Assembly: GCA_030583865.1 (NCBI GenBank)
Contig: CP129479.1
Coordinates: forward strand, 196,744 to 260,743
Origin: Thermodesulfobacteriota bacterium
GTDB lineage: Bacteria > Desulfobacterota > GWC2-55-46
Length of the DNA stretch: 64,000 nt
Reading direction: 5' to 3'
Below the pieces are notes generated by a model. The model ran no database searches and was not told where the DNA came from. It was given only the letters and a program-made list of their open reading frames with translations. The translations under genes were made by a program, and so were the position numbers. This document shows, in pieces, positions 10,051 to 20,149 of this stretch. Positions within the stretch are counted from its first letter, which is position 1, and each line of letters begins with the position of its first letter.

Positions 10051-10147
10051 GAAAAAAAATCGCATCGCGTCAAAACGGTCTAGAAGAAGGGAATCGGATT
10101 AAGAGCTGAATGGGAAGGGTTCGTTTCAGTCAAAAGCTGACGTGCTA

Positions 10148-11575
10148 TCAGCCCTGCGGCTCCGTAACGGTTACCGCTTCAAACGCCGCGAAGGGGCTCT
10201 CCAGCGACGCGCTGCGGTCTGCCCTGACCGGTATCATTATTACGGTGCCGGGCCTGAGCCTCTTCGGGTTTAGGTTTTCGTTAAGGTGCATTATGGGTTT
10301 TATCTCGGTCCCGTACCTGGCGGCTATCCTGCCGAGCGTGTCCCCGCGCTTTATCTTGTGCTGCACGAAAGAAACCCTTTTCGCGGGCGGGACCTTCTTC
10401 ATGTTCTCTACGAACATCTCCGCCGTGCCCGCAGGTATTTTAACCTGGTAGCCGGGATAATCGGGCGGGGTGAACCAGCGCAGGAGCTCGGGGTTGAGCT
10501 TCCTTATCTCCTCGACGGTCGTGCCGGCGGCGGCGGCGATTACACGGAGGTCGGTCGCCTGCTTAACCGGGACCTTGTCATAACGGAGCCCTTCGTTGAA
10601 GACGACGGGGCTGAAGCCGTATTGCTCCGGGTCCTTCGCTATGGTGAGGGCGGCAAGGTACTTGGGCACGTATTCCCGCGTCTCCCGGTGGAGGACCTTT
10701 TTCTTGCTGGCGAGCTCCCAGAAGTCCTCGGTGCCCTGCTTCTTTATGGCCCTGGCGACCCGTCCTTCCCCGGCGTTATAGCCCGCAGCCGCAAGGTACC
10801 ACGAGCCGAACATCCCGTATAGGTTCTTAAGGTAGCTGGCGGCAGCGTACGTGGCCTTTTCGGGGTCCATCCTCTCGTCTATCCACCAGTCCACCCTGAG
10901 GCCGTACCTGACGGCCGTGCCTTTTATGAACTGCCACATGCCTACGGCGTTCGCGTGGGACCTTACGGTCGGGTTTAGCCCGCTTTCTATCAAGGCTATG
11001 TAGGAAAGGTCCTCGGGAAGGCCGTTTTCGCGCAGTATCGCCTGGAGCATGTGCATGTAGTCCGCGCTCCTAACGAGCCATTTTTCAAAGTGTTTCCGCC
11101 CGTTAGTCTGGAAGTACCTTATGAAGGACTCGACGTTCTTGTTGACAACGATGGGGATTTCCGGAAGCCCGGGCACCTCTTCGGCTTCCACCGCCTCCTC
11201 TATCGAGGCCTCGGCCACGAGGAACGGAGGCAGGGCATGGCCGGAGGCAACCTGGCCTGCCGCCTGGCATGAGGGCGCGTTCACCGCCGGCGCGGAACCG
11301 GTGTAGTCAAAGTGCATTACGCCGGTATCAGAGTTGGCATCGCATAGGTACAGCGCGTAAGCGTACCTTAAAGTGGTGATGTTCTGGAAGGGGACTTGTC
11401 CGGCGGGCGCGCCGAGCCCTTCTGTCGAGAGCCGCCCGGAGCTATCCTGGACCAGGGAGGCAAGCTGCGACCCTCCCTCCGCCACGGCCGGCCAGCCCGC
11501 GTCCGTGGTCGAAGCCCACGAGGGGGCGGCGAAGAGCGTCAACGAGAGCGCGGCGGCAAGGAGAGTCGGTTTCAT
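10148..11575 (-). CDS. mltD: Membrane-bound lytic murein transglycosylase (SLT domain + C-terminal LysM repeats)
   Basis: Signal peptide MKPTLLAAALSLTLFAAPSWA. SLT motif ESGLNP...GMWQF. LysM motifs at the C-terminus. Confidence 0.7.
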   Translation of the reverse strand: MKPTLLAAALSLTLFAAPSWASTTDAGWPAVAEGGSQLASLVQDSSGRLSTEGLGAPAGQVPFQNITTLRYAYALYLCDANSDTGVMHFDYTGSAPAVNAPSCQAAGQVASGHALPPFLVAEASIEEAVEAEEVPGLPEIPIVVNKNVESFIRYFQTNGRKHFEKWLVRSADYMHMLQAILRENGLPEDLSYIALIESGLNPTVRSHANAVGMWQFIKGTAVRYGLRVDWWIDERMDPEKATYAAASYLKNLYGMFGSWYLAAAGYNAGEGRVARAIKKQGTEDFWELASKKKVLHRETREYVPKYLAALTIAKDPEQYGFSPVVFNEGLRYDKVPVKQATDLRVIAAAAGTTVEEIRKLNPELLRWFTPPDYPGYQVKIPAGTAEMFVENMKKVPPAKRVSFVQHKIKRGDTLGRIAARYGTEIKPIMHLNENLNPKRLRPGTVIMIPVRADRSASLESPFAAFEAVTVTEPQG

Positions 11576-11583
11576 CGTCACCT

Positions 11584-13089
11584 TCAGCGGTTGTACGGGG
11601 ACCCGGCGCTCTGTCCGGGGATGCCGCCCGCAAGCTCTATCTGCCGGAACTTCTCCTTGACGTCCTCGGCTGTCTTTTTTGCCGCAAGCTCTATCTTTTT
11701 GCCTGCGCTGGTGAGGGCCCTGGTGTAATCGACGAAGTACTGGTTGTTCTTTATCCACTTCTTGGTAAGGCTGTGTCCGTAGGTCTTTATGCCGACATTG
11801 AAGAGGTCGAAGCGCGCGGCCCTCCTCGCTATCTGCCAGAGCGAATAGAATTCCTTGGTCGCCCTCATGGTCTCGGTCTGGAGCTCGTAGTAGCTCATGA
11901 GCTTGGGCTCGAAGACCACGTGGTGGGCGTCGTAGAGGCTCCAGTCCTTGCTTATTATGCGCCCCTCGCTTTCAAGGTCCCTGTAGCACTTGGTGCCCGG
12001 CAGCGGCGTAAGGATAAGGAACTGGACCGATTCGAGGTCGTTCTTCTTCGCGAACTTCACGGTCTCGGCTATGGTGTCGGTCGTGTCCTGGTCGGAGCCG
12101 AAGACGAACATGCCGTGTATCCTTATGCCGTTCTTATGGAGCGTCCTTATGCAGTTCGTTATGTCCTCGACCGACTGCTGCTTGTTATAGAGCTTTAGGG
12201 TCTGCGGGTTTATGGACTCGAGCCCTATGTAGACGGTGTGGCATTTCGATTTCCGCATGAGATCCAGGAGCTCCTGGTCTTTCGCGATCTCCACCCTGAC
12301 CTGGGCCGTCCAGTTGGGCGTCAGGCGCTTTTCTATCATCGTGGAGAGGAGTTCCTTGGTCCTCTTCTTGTGGGCGCAGAAGTTGTCGTCGTAGAAAAAG
12401 ACCCAGTTCCCACCGTACCTCCTGTGGTTCTCGAGCTCTTCTATGACCCTTTCCTTGCTCCTGAACCTGTACTTCTGGCCGAACATGCCGGTGACCGAGC
12501 AGAAGCTGCAGTCATAGGGGCACCCCCGCGAAGTCATTATAGGCGCTATGGTGAGCTTCCTTATGTTCTCGGTCTCCATGCCGCTTATGAGGCTGAAGTC
12601 CGGGGCAGGGAGCGTGTCCAGGTCCTTGCAGAACGGGGCGGTGGAGTTGTGCTTTATGGCGCCGTCCTTGTAATACGAGAGCCCGGCTATCTTGTCGAGC
12701 CCTTTTCCGGTCTCTAACGCCTTTATGAAATCCACGATGACGTCGTCGGCCTCGCCGCGGAGCACGTAATCCGCGTACTGGAGGGCCTCCTCAGGGAGGT
12801 AGGTTACATGGGGGCCGCCCATTGCAACGGGTATTCCGGCCTTCCTCACGAGCTTGGCTATCTCGTAAGACCTGCTGGATGTCGAGGTTATGGTGGAAAT
12901 ACAGACCAGGTCGGCGCTCAGGACGTCCTTGAGATCGAGTTCTCCCACGGACTCCACATAGCTTTTCACCTCATAGCCGCTCTGCCTGAGCCTTGTGCCC
13001 AGAAGCACCGTGCCGAGCCGCGGAAGGGGCATTCTCGTAAAGATATGAAAATCAGGGGGGTTAGGCTCGATGAAGACGATCTTTCGCAT
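11584..13089 (-). CDS. B12-binding-domain radical SAM protein (function unknown)
   Basis: N-terminal cobalamin-binding fold followed by a radical SAM CxxxCxxC motif (SRGCPYDCSFCS). Long C-terminal extension. Its stop lies 9 nt before the mltD start. Confidence 0.8.
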   Translation of the reverse strand: MRKIVFIEPNPPDFHIFTRMPLPRLGTVLLGTRLRQSGYEVKSYVESVGELDLKDVLSADLVCISTITSTSSRSYEIAKLVRKAGIPVAMGGPHVTYLPEEALQYADYVLRGEADDVIVDFIKALETGKGLDKIAGLSYYKDGAIKHNSTAPFCKDLDTLPAPDFSLISGMETENIRKLTIAPIMTSRGCPYDCSFCSVTGMFGQKYRFRSKERVIEELENHRRYGGNWVFFYDDNFCAHKKRTKELLSTMIEKRLTPNWTAQVRVEIAKDQELLDLMRKSKCHTVYIGLESINPQTLKLYNKQQSVEDITNCIRTLHKNGIRIHGMFVFGSDQDTTDTIAETVKFAKKNDLESVQFLILTPLPGTKCYRDLESEGRIISKDWSLYDAHHVVFEPKLMSYYELQTETMRATKEFYSLWQIARRAARFDLFNVGIKTYGHSLTKKWIKNNQYFVDYTRALTSAGKKIELAAKKTAEDVKEKFRQIELAGGIPGQSAGSPYNR

Positions 13090-13379
13090 TAGCAGTAGTC
13101 CTTTTCCACATGAATGCCATTCATCTTACCCGCGTACAACCGCACTGTCAAGGAAAATGCCTGCCCCGCTCTCCTCTGAAAAACGCCTGAATCACGGGTT
13201 TTTTCAGGAAAATCCAGCTCCTCCGGCCAGCTCTGCCGTCCCTTTCGGGAATGCATCATACGCTTGTTTCCGAAATGAATATGTGAGTTGAGGCACGGAT
13301 TCCAGATGAATATGGAAAATAATCCGGATGCCTTGTTTTTACATCGGAGTTTTCGGGGCTGACTTGAGCCGCACGGGCT

Positions 13380-16202
13380 TTAAAAGGGTGTGTTTTTCTG
13401 CAGGGCCTTTTTCAGGTATTTCGCGGTTATGCTCCGGGGGTTCATCGAGACCTCCTCGGGGGAGCCGGCAGCCACTATCCGACCCCCTTCATCTCCGCCC
13501 GAAGGGCCGAGGTCTACTATGTGGTCGGCCGTCTTCATGCAGTCGAGGTTGTGCTCTATCATCAGGACCGAGCTCCCGGAATCGACAAGCCTTCCGAGCA
13601 CCGCGAGTAGTTTTTTCACGTCGTCCATGTGGAGCCCCGTTGTGGGCTCGTCGAGTATGTATAGGACGTCCCCGGAGGACTCCTCCACGAGTTCCCGTGC
13701 AATTTTCAGCCGCTGGGCCTCGCCTCCGGAAAGGGTGGTCGCGCTCTGCCCGAGCTTAAGGTACCCCAGGCCAACTTCCCTGAGGACGGAAAACCTCCTC
13801 TGTAGCGCGGGCTCGTTCGGGAAAAGCGCCATCGCGTCCTCGAAAGTCGTCTCAAGTACATCGTATATGCTTTTTCCCCTGTATTTGACGTCGAGGACGT
13901 GGCCCTTGTACCTCCTGCCCCGGCATACCGCGCATTTTACGTATACGTCAGGGAGGAAATACATCTCGAGCTTCTCAAACCCCTCTCCCTTGCACGACTC
14001 GCACCTGCCGCCGGCGACGTTGAAGGAGAAGTCCCCGGGGGAAAGCCCCATGACGCGGGCAGATGAGATCCCGGCGAATATCTTCCGTATGTCGTCAAAA
14101 CCGCCTATGTAGGTGAGGGGGTTCGAGCGCGGCGTCCTTCCTATGGGGCTCTGGTCGATGAGCTTGACGCCCGAGACCCTGTCAAGGCCCTGCACGGACG
14201 AGTACGGGAGAGGCGGCTCCGACTTCTCGCCGAAGTGCGCGGCGAGCACCGGGTATAGCGTGTCCACTATGAGCGTGCTTTTGCCTGAGCCGGAAACTCC
14301 GGTAACGCACGTCATGGTCTTCAGCGGCACTTCGAGGTCAACGGATTTCAGGTTATTGCCCGAGGCGCCCCGGATGACGAGCGACCTGCCGCTCCCCTTC
14401 CTTCTCCATCTGGGCACGTGTATGGTCTCCCGGCCCGTGAGGTAATCAGAGGTCAGGGTGCGCGCCGATTCAAGGAACTCGCGTGTGGACCCGGCCCATA
14501 CTACCCGCCCGCCCTTTTCGCCGGCGCCGGGGCCGAGCTCTATTATGTGGTCTGATTTCGCCATCATGGACGGGTCGTGCTCGACGGTTACGACGGTATT
14601 CCCGATCGAGGAAAGCCTCTTAAGCTGGTTTGTAAGCAGGTCAATGTCGACCGGGTGGAGCCCTATGGACGGCTCGTCGAGTATGTAGAGGACGCCGGAG
14701 AGCGAGGACGCAAGCTGGGTCGCTATGGTGACCCTTTGCGCCTCCCCGCCGGAGAGGGTCTTTGTGAGCCTGTCCAGGGTTATGTAGCCGAGCCCGGTCT
14801 GGCTGAGGAACTCGAGCTTGGTCCGTATCTGCTTGAGGACCTCCTCCGAGACCGCGGCCTCGAAGGGGGCGAGCTCCAGGGATGAAAAGAACGAGAGTGC
14901 GTCCTTTATAGTCAAAGCGCTGGCCTCGGCTATGTTGAGACCGCCGATCTTCAAGGAGAGCGCCTCTTTCTTGAGCCTTGCCCCCTTGCAGGCTGAACAG
15001 GTTACCTGCCCCTTGTAGCGCGAACTGAACACCTTGATGTGCAGCTTGTATTTCTTGCTCTCCAGGTAGTCGAAGAACTCTTCTATCCCCTCGAAGCCGG
15101 GCGCGCCGCCGAAGACGATATCCCGCTCCCTGGCCGTAAGCTTCCCGAAAGGCTTGTCTATATCGACCCCGTGTCGCGGCGCGTGCTTTATGAGCTCTTC
15201 GTGCCACCACCGGTAGGACGGCTTTGTCCATGGCTCGATAGCGCCCTCGCGGAGCGTAAGGGACTTATCGGGCACGACCTTTGCCTCGTCGAAGCGGAGC
15301 ACATTTCCGAAACCCTTGCACTCCGGGCAGGCGCCCACCGGGTGGTTGAAGGAGAGGGAGATGGGAGATGGCCTTTCGACCCTGGCGCCGCAGTTCCGGC
15401 ATGAAGGCTCTTTTGAAAAGGCCTCTTCGCCCTTTTCCGGCATAAAGGCCCATGCCGAGCCGCCGCCTTCCCTGAAGGCCGTCTCAAGCGCCTCGGTGAG
15501 CCTGCGCCTCTCGCTATTCTTGATGAAGAGCCTGTCCGCAACCACCTCCAGGCGGCCCTTGAGCCCGCCAGGAACGCCCTCGGATATGTCGATTATCTCC
15601 GAACCTTTTCTTACGCGTATGTAGCCCTTCTGGAGGAGCATGGAGACGGCCTCCTCAGAAGTCCTGCCGTTGAGGGGGAGGTTGAAACCTATGTACGCGC
15701 GCTCGCCCTCGTATTTCGAGAGGAGCTCGTCAGCGGCATGGCCCGGACCGCCCTGGCTCACCGGAAACCCGCAGGCCGGGCAGTGGAGCCTCCCGGCCCT
15801 GGAAAAGAGGAGGCGCAGGTAGTCGTTAAGCTCGGTAGTCGTGCCGACGGTCGAGCGGCTGCCGCGGACCGGGTTTTTCTGCTCGACCGCTATGGCGGGC
15901 CGGATGTTCCTTATTGCGTCCACGTCCGGCCTGTCCATCCTTTCGAGGAAAAGCCTCGTGTAGGTGGAGAGCGACTCTATGAACCTCCATCGGCCTTCGG
16001 CAAAAAGGGTGTCGAAGGCGAGCGAGGACTTCCCCGAGCCGCTCGGCCCGACTATGGTCGTTATGAGGTTATGCGGGATGCGGACCGAGATATTCTTGAG
16101 GTTATTCTGCTTGAGCCCCTCGATTACCAGCTCGTCTTTGCCAAGGGGGAGCGGGGATTCGAAGGAGATGGCCTCGGCCTTCCCTGTCTTTTTTCTCGCC
16201 AT
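13380..16202 (-). CDS. uvrA: Excinuclease ABC subunit A
   Basis: 940 aa. Two ABC ATPase modules (GPSGSGKSSLAF, GVSGSGKSTL) and zinc-finger Cys clusters. Confidence 0.95.
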   Translation of the reverse strand: MARKKTGKAEAISFESPLPLGKDELVIEGLKQNNLKNISVRIPHNLITTIVGPSGSGKSSLAFDTLFAEGRWRFIESLSTYTRLFLERMDRPDVDAIRNIRPAIAVEQKNPVRGSRSTVGTTTELNDYLRLLFSRAGRLHCPACGFPVSQGGPGHAADELLSKYEGERAYIGFNLPLNGRTSEEAVSMLLQKGYIRVRKGSEIIDISEGVPGGLKGRLEVVADRLFIKNSERRRLTEALETAFREGGGSAWAFMPEKGEEAFSKEPSCRNCGARVERPSPISLSFNHPVGACPECKGFGNVLRFDEAKVVPDKSLTLREGAIEPWTKPSYRWWHEELIKHAPRHGVDIDKPFGKLTARERDIVFGGAPGFEGIEEFFDYLESKKYKLHIKVFSSRYKGQVTCSACKGARLKKEALSLKIGGLNIAEASALTIKDALSFFSSLELAPFEAAVSEEVLKQIRTKLEFLSQTGLGYITLDRLTKTLSGGEAQRVTIATQLASSLSGVLYILDEPSIGLHPVDIDLLTNQLKRLSSIGNTVVTVEHDPSMMAKSDHIIELGPGAGEKGGRVVWAGSTREFLESARTLTSDYLTGRETIHVPRWRRKGSGRSLVIRGASGNNLKSVDLEVPLKTMTCVTGVSGSGKSTLIVDTLYPVLAAHFGEKSEPPLPYSSVQGLDRVSGVKLIDQSPIGRTPRSNPLTYIGGFDDIRKIFAGISSARVMGLSPGDFSFNVAGGRCESCKGEGFEKLEMYFLPDVYVKCAVCRGRRYKGHVLDVKYRGKSIYDVLETTFEDAMALFPNEPALQRRFSVLREVGLGYLKLGQSATTLSGGEAQRLKIARELVEESSGDVLYILDEPTTGLHMDDVKKLLAVLGRLVDSGSSVLMIEHNLDCMKTADHIVDLGPSGGDEGGRIVAAGSPEEVSMNPRSITAKYLKKALQKNTPF

Positions 16203-16321
16203 GCGTATATAGCCGTCTTTGAGCTTGATTTAACTACTGATTATAGCTCATTAAATGGGAGCATGACCAGAAAAAAAGCCGGACAAAGGGGGGTGAGTCG
16301 CATGAAAATGGGTGTGCTCTT

Positions 16322-17122
16322 CTACATCCTTCGCGAGATACTTACGCCGAACCCGAGATCGGGGCTGCCTTTGGACCATCCTTTCAGGATGTATCCATAC
16401 AGGTCAAGCACAGGGGACAGCCTTTGTCTCACGAATACGGTCGTCTCCAGAGGAGAAGGGACCCCGGGCGAGGCGGCCTGGCGCCACTCCAATATCAGGC
16501 CAGCGGCCGATTCCCTTGCGTACGGGTAGGCGCCGCCCGCCCTCATGAAAATCGCGTTCTTCAAGGTGAAGGCATCGGGGCTCCCGAACGACTCATACCC
16601 GATGGCGCCGAAAAGGGATAAATCGTTCAGTGCCGTTAGAGCGTCGGCCTGCAATGAGTAATCTGTTTCGCCAGTGCCGAGGCCCTTTGACTCGTCAGCG
16701 GTCGGGAATTTGAAATTCATCGCGAGGCTCAAAAGTAGCGGCCGCTCCGGAAGGTACATCACATTGTAAGACGCCCCGGCCACTATGTCGCCCAGGCCGG
16801 AATTCTCCCGGCGCTCTCCGGGCCTTCTGCCCACTACAGGAATTGCGTTCACCCCCGCAGGCACCACGTTCCCGGGGCCGATTACCTGCCTGTACGGAAT
16901 GACGAGCTTCAATCTGAGCGGGCCTCTTTCGTACGAGGCGGAGACCGGCACCTGCACTATGTCGCTGGCCTCGCGCCCGCCGTAGTCGCCTACGCTCAGG
17001 TCAAAGCCGACGCCCAGCTTGATAATCCTGGGGGCTTCATCCGCCGCGCTCGAGGGCCGCGCCGTCATCGTAAGAAGAGACGCGAACACGAGAAGGCTGA
17101 TAATGACGATGGGTTTTTTCAC
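16322..17122 (-). CDS. Putative outer-membrane beta-barrel protein (MetA-pathway/transporter-like family), paralog 1
   Basis: Signal peptide present. Alternating beta-strand pattern. Shares about 50% identity with the adjacent ORF 17474..18295. Confidence 0.5.
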   Translation of the reverse strand: MKKPIVIISLLVFASLLTMTARPSSAADEAPRIIKLGVGFDLSVGDYGGREASDIVQVPVSASYERGPLRLKLVIPYRQVIGPGNVVPAGVNAIPVVGRRPGERRENSGLGDIVAGASYNVMYLPERPLLLSLAMNFKFPTADESKGLGTGETDYSLQADALTALNDLSLFGAIGYESFGSPDAFTLKNAIFMRAGGAYPYARESAAGLILEWRQAASPGVPSPLETTVFVRQRLSPVLDLYGYILKGWSKGSPDLGFGVSISRRM

Positions 17123-17342
17123 AAGCTGCCCGTTCCCGATCTCAAGATCTAATGCCAGTCAGTAAGCGTCCAGTCTTATCGTTTCTCGACGGTCCCGCAG
17201 ATGCTCCGGGCTTGTCTCGCGGCATCCGCAGGCCTTGGCTAAAGGGCTATTGACCAGCCCACATAGCCTTTATACCACAGACCGATTGCGATTTGGAGCT
17301 TAACAGTACGGGCTTTACCTGTTGAGATGACTCCACGGTCTG

Positions 17343-17388
17343 AAAAAAAGCCGGTCCGGATTCCCGGGCCGGCTTTTTTATATGCTTC
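17343..17388. terminator. Bidirectional rho-independent terminator (A7-GCCGGTCCGG-loop-CCGGGCCGGC-T6)
   Basis: GC stem flanked by an A-run and a T-run. Lies between the tandem OMP paralogs. Confidence 0.75.
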
Positions 17389-17473
17389 TTGATTGCCTGC
17401 GGTATCGCCGCGGTGAGCGCGGCGGCTCAATCTCGTTCCCGCCGTGCGCTTTCATGTCCGGCTCAATTTAGAC

Positions 17474-18295
17474 TCACATCCTCCACGAGACACTGAGGCC
17501 GAACCCGAAGTCCGGGCTCCCGTCTGACCAGCCTTTCAAAATGTACCCGGACAGGTTCAGGTCCGGATACAGCTCGCGGCTCAGGTACACTGTCGATTCG
17601 AAGGGCGCCTGGGTCCCCGGCGAGGCGGCCTGCCGCCAATCGAATATCAGGCCAGCGACCGTGCCGGAGGCATGCTTGTAGCCGCCGCCAAAGCTCGCGA
17701 AAACTGTGTCTTCCAAGGCGAAAGCGTCAGGCTCGCCAAAGACCTTGTATCCGACGGTACCGAAAAAGGTGACCTCTTCCCGGACCGTTACTGCATCGAT
17801 TTGAAAGGAATAGTCAATCTCGCCCGTGCCGAGCCCCCTTGTTTCGTCAGCGGTCGGGAGCTTGACATTTGCGGCAAGGTCGACGAGGAGCCGGCTCTCC
17901 GTGAGGTCCAGAACATTATATGCCACTCCGGCCGTTATGTCCCCAATGCCGGATTCCGTGCGGCGCGCCCCGTCCCTAATGACAACCACGGGTGAACCGT
18001 TCGCCCCTCCGACCACCACGTCACCTGGGCCGGTGACTTTTATGTAGGGGATGGTGAGCCTCAACATCACCGGGCCGCTTTCGTACGCGGCGGTAACGGG
18101 TATCTGCAGTACGTCGGTCGAGGAAGAGGAGCCGTACTTGCCCGTGCTGAAGTCGAAGCCGATGCCAAGCTTCACCCGCTCCGAAACCGTTTCAGCCGCT
18201 TGAACGCCGCACACCCCGGCTGCTAAGGGAAACGCCGCTAAAATGAGACTGACGAATATTTTTTTCACGAATCGACTGGTCCCTTCTTCTGTCAA
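17474..18295 (-). CDS. Putative outer-membrane beta-barrel protein, paralog 2
   Basis: Signal peptide present. Collinear similarity to 16322..17122. Confidence 0.5.
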   Translation of the reverse strand: MTEEGTSRFVKKIFVSLILAAFPLAAGVCGVQAAETVSERVKLGIGFDFSTGKYGSSSSTDVLQIPVTAAYESGPVMLRLTIPYIKVTGPGDVVVGGANGSPVVVIRDGARRTESGIGDITAGVAYNVLDLTESRLLVDLAANVKLPTADETRGLGTGEIDYSFQIDAVTVREEVTFFGTVGYKVFGEPDAFALEDTVFASFGGGYKHASGTVAGLIFDWRQAASPGTQAPFESTVYLSRELYPDLNLSGYILKGWSDGSPDFGFGLSVSWRM

Positions 18296-18301
18296 GCAGG
18301 T

Positions 18302-18925
18302 TCAGGGGCGCCCGGGCCGCGCGGGAATCGACGGGCGCTCTATCGCGCCGGACGGCAACCCGGCTGGACGCTCGGGCCTCTCAATGCGTACGGGCTTCTC
18401 GATGCGTTCGGGCCTGGCAGGTTCCGAGGCGCGTATCCTTTCGAGCGCGCCAAGGGCATGGTCCCGTCCTGTTCTCGACACCTCCATGGCGTGTTCGATG
18501 GCGGGCCTGGCCTCAGCAGGCACCTTTTCGAGCAGTCCGGCCAGCACCTCGGTGTGCTTCATGGTCGCGGCCTCGACCCGCTCAAGTGCGCTCCCCGCAT
18601 CCATTCCCAGGCTTTGGGCCAGCTCCGCCTCATCCATCGCCGCCCTGACCGAAGCCCCATACCTGTCGGCCAGTCCCCGGGCGAGCCCGGGTTTTGTCGT
18701 GCCTATTTCCTGCAATTCAGCGAGCCTGTTCCCGGCAAACTCGGTATGCAGGGCCGCCTTTTCAAGAGGGTCTACCGCGGCCCTGAGTTTCGCCTCCTCG
18801 GTGCTTATCTTCGCCTGGTAGAGCGGGTCGTCCGGCAGGGTCCAGTCCGATGCAGAAGGGCTTGAAGTAAAGAGAACTGCCGTTACAAGGAGAGTGAGGA
18901 TAAACGCTGCCGCTTTGGTTCCCAT
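18302..18925 (-). CDS. Secreted hypothetical protein with C-terminal Pro/Arg-rich repeats
   Basis: Start MGTKAAAFILTLL with RBS GGAGG. Its stop is 7 nt before the downstream OMP start. Tail contains PERIEKPVRIERPERP repeats. Confidence 0.55.
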   Translation of the reverse strand: MGTKAAAFILTLLVTAVLFTSSPSASDWTLPDDPLYQAKISTEEAKLRAAVDPLEKAALHTEFAGNRLAELQEIGTTKPGLARGLADRYGASVRAAMDEAELAQSLGMDAGSALERVEAATMKHTEVLAGLLEKVPAEARPAIEHAMEVSRTGRDHALGALERIRASEPARPERIEKPVRIERPERPAGLPSGAIERPSIPARPGRP

Positions 18926-19151
18926 AAGCACCTCCTGTTTTTGATGCTGCCGTTTGACCCCGTCTTTGGGCCGAAGAAGGACTATACCACAATCAGACCG
19001 CCATTTGGAGCGCAGCGTTATAACACGACCCTCCCGGTTGTTTAGTGACTTTAGTCGGTGAGGATGGAAAAAATCCAATCTATGCTGCCCGGCTTCGACG
19101 CAGGCCTGCATGCATTGCGGCGCGTAAAATCGCGTTTTGCTCTTTGCAAGG

Positions 19152-20021
19152 TCAGATTCCTGACGGCCCCGGGCCTTGCGGCACTATCTCAAGCACCGGG
19201 TCCTTGCCGATAAACCGCACATAGCCCATTTCCATGGCCGGGTCGTGCTCGAATATGAGGAGCCATCTGTTTTCGGCGGCCTCGGAGAGGAGTTCCTTTT
19301 TGGCTTTCAGAGTGTCGAGGGGGAAAAGGTCATAGGCGGTTATGAAGGGGATGCGGAGGTGCCTCGTGGTCGGTATCAGGTCTCCAGTGAAAACGGCGGT
19401 CATGCCATCCGAGCGGACGCTCACGATCTGGTTGTCCCGGTTGTGCCCGCCCGTCCTTATGACGGATACCCCGCTTACGACCTCGCAGTCGCCTTCGATA
19501 AGCTCCAGCTGCCCGGCCTCCAGGAGAGGCAGGAAATCGTCGGGACAATAGCTTCCTCTTGTCCTTTCGTTCGGGTTGAGGGCCGCCTCCCATTCCCCGC
19601 GCTGGACGATATAGCGCGCTCTCGGGAACGCGGGCCTCAAGGCCCCGTCCTCCTTTACCGTATTGCCGCCCGCATGGTCGAAATGGAGGTGGGTATTGAT
19701 GACGATGTCGATATCCGAGGGGGAGAGCCCGATAGACTCAAGCGACCCGGAGAGCGTGCGGCCCCTCTCTACAGCGTAAATGGACCTGAACCGCGCATCC
19801 CCCTTGTCCCCTATGCCGGTATCGACGAGCACGTTCTCGCTCCCGGTCTGGATGAGGAGCGGCCTTATCGAAAGTGGTATGCGGTTTTTCTCGTCCGGCT
19901 GGCAAAGGGGTTCCCACATGGCCTTCGGGACCACCCCGAACATGGCGCCGCCGTCAAGCCTGAAGGAACCGTCGCTTAATGAGAATATCCTGAAACGGCC
20001 GAAATCCATCTTTCGATTCAC
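19152..20021 (-). CDS. MBL-fold metallo-hydrolase
   Basis: HxHxDH motif (NTHLHFDHAGGN) and conserved downstream His/Asp residues. Confidence 0.8.
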   Translation of the reverse strand: MNRKMDFGRFRIFSLSDGSFRLDGGAMFGVVPKAMWEPLCQPDEKNRIPLSIRPLLIQTGSENVLVDTGIGDKGDARFRSIYAVERGRTLSGSLESIGLSPSDIDIVINTHLHFDHAGGNTVKEDGALRPAFPRARYIVQRGEWEAALNPNERTRGSYCPDDFLPLLEAGQLELIEGDCEVVSGVSVIRTGGHNRDNQIVSVRSDGMTAVFTGDLIPTTRHLRIPFITAYDLFPLDTLKAKKELLSEAAENRWLLIFEHDPAMEMGYVRFIGKDPVLEIVPQGPGPSGI

Positions 20022-20149
20022 CTGTCTGCTTGAAATGACTTAGGGGGGCAGAGGGCAATGTAAACCCCTGGGGGAGGTTTTGTCAAGGAGGGGCCGCAAC
20101 CAGTTGACTCCGTCCTTTCGGAGTGGGATAATACGCTGGACGGAAAAGT

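Noticed and set aside
13150-13205. CTGAAAAACGCCTGAATCACGGGTTTTTTCAG resembling the 3' tail of family A
   Set aside because: Only the AU-rich hairpin part is present, without the arms or core. It more likely acts as the uvrA terminator than as a degenerate A copy.
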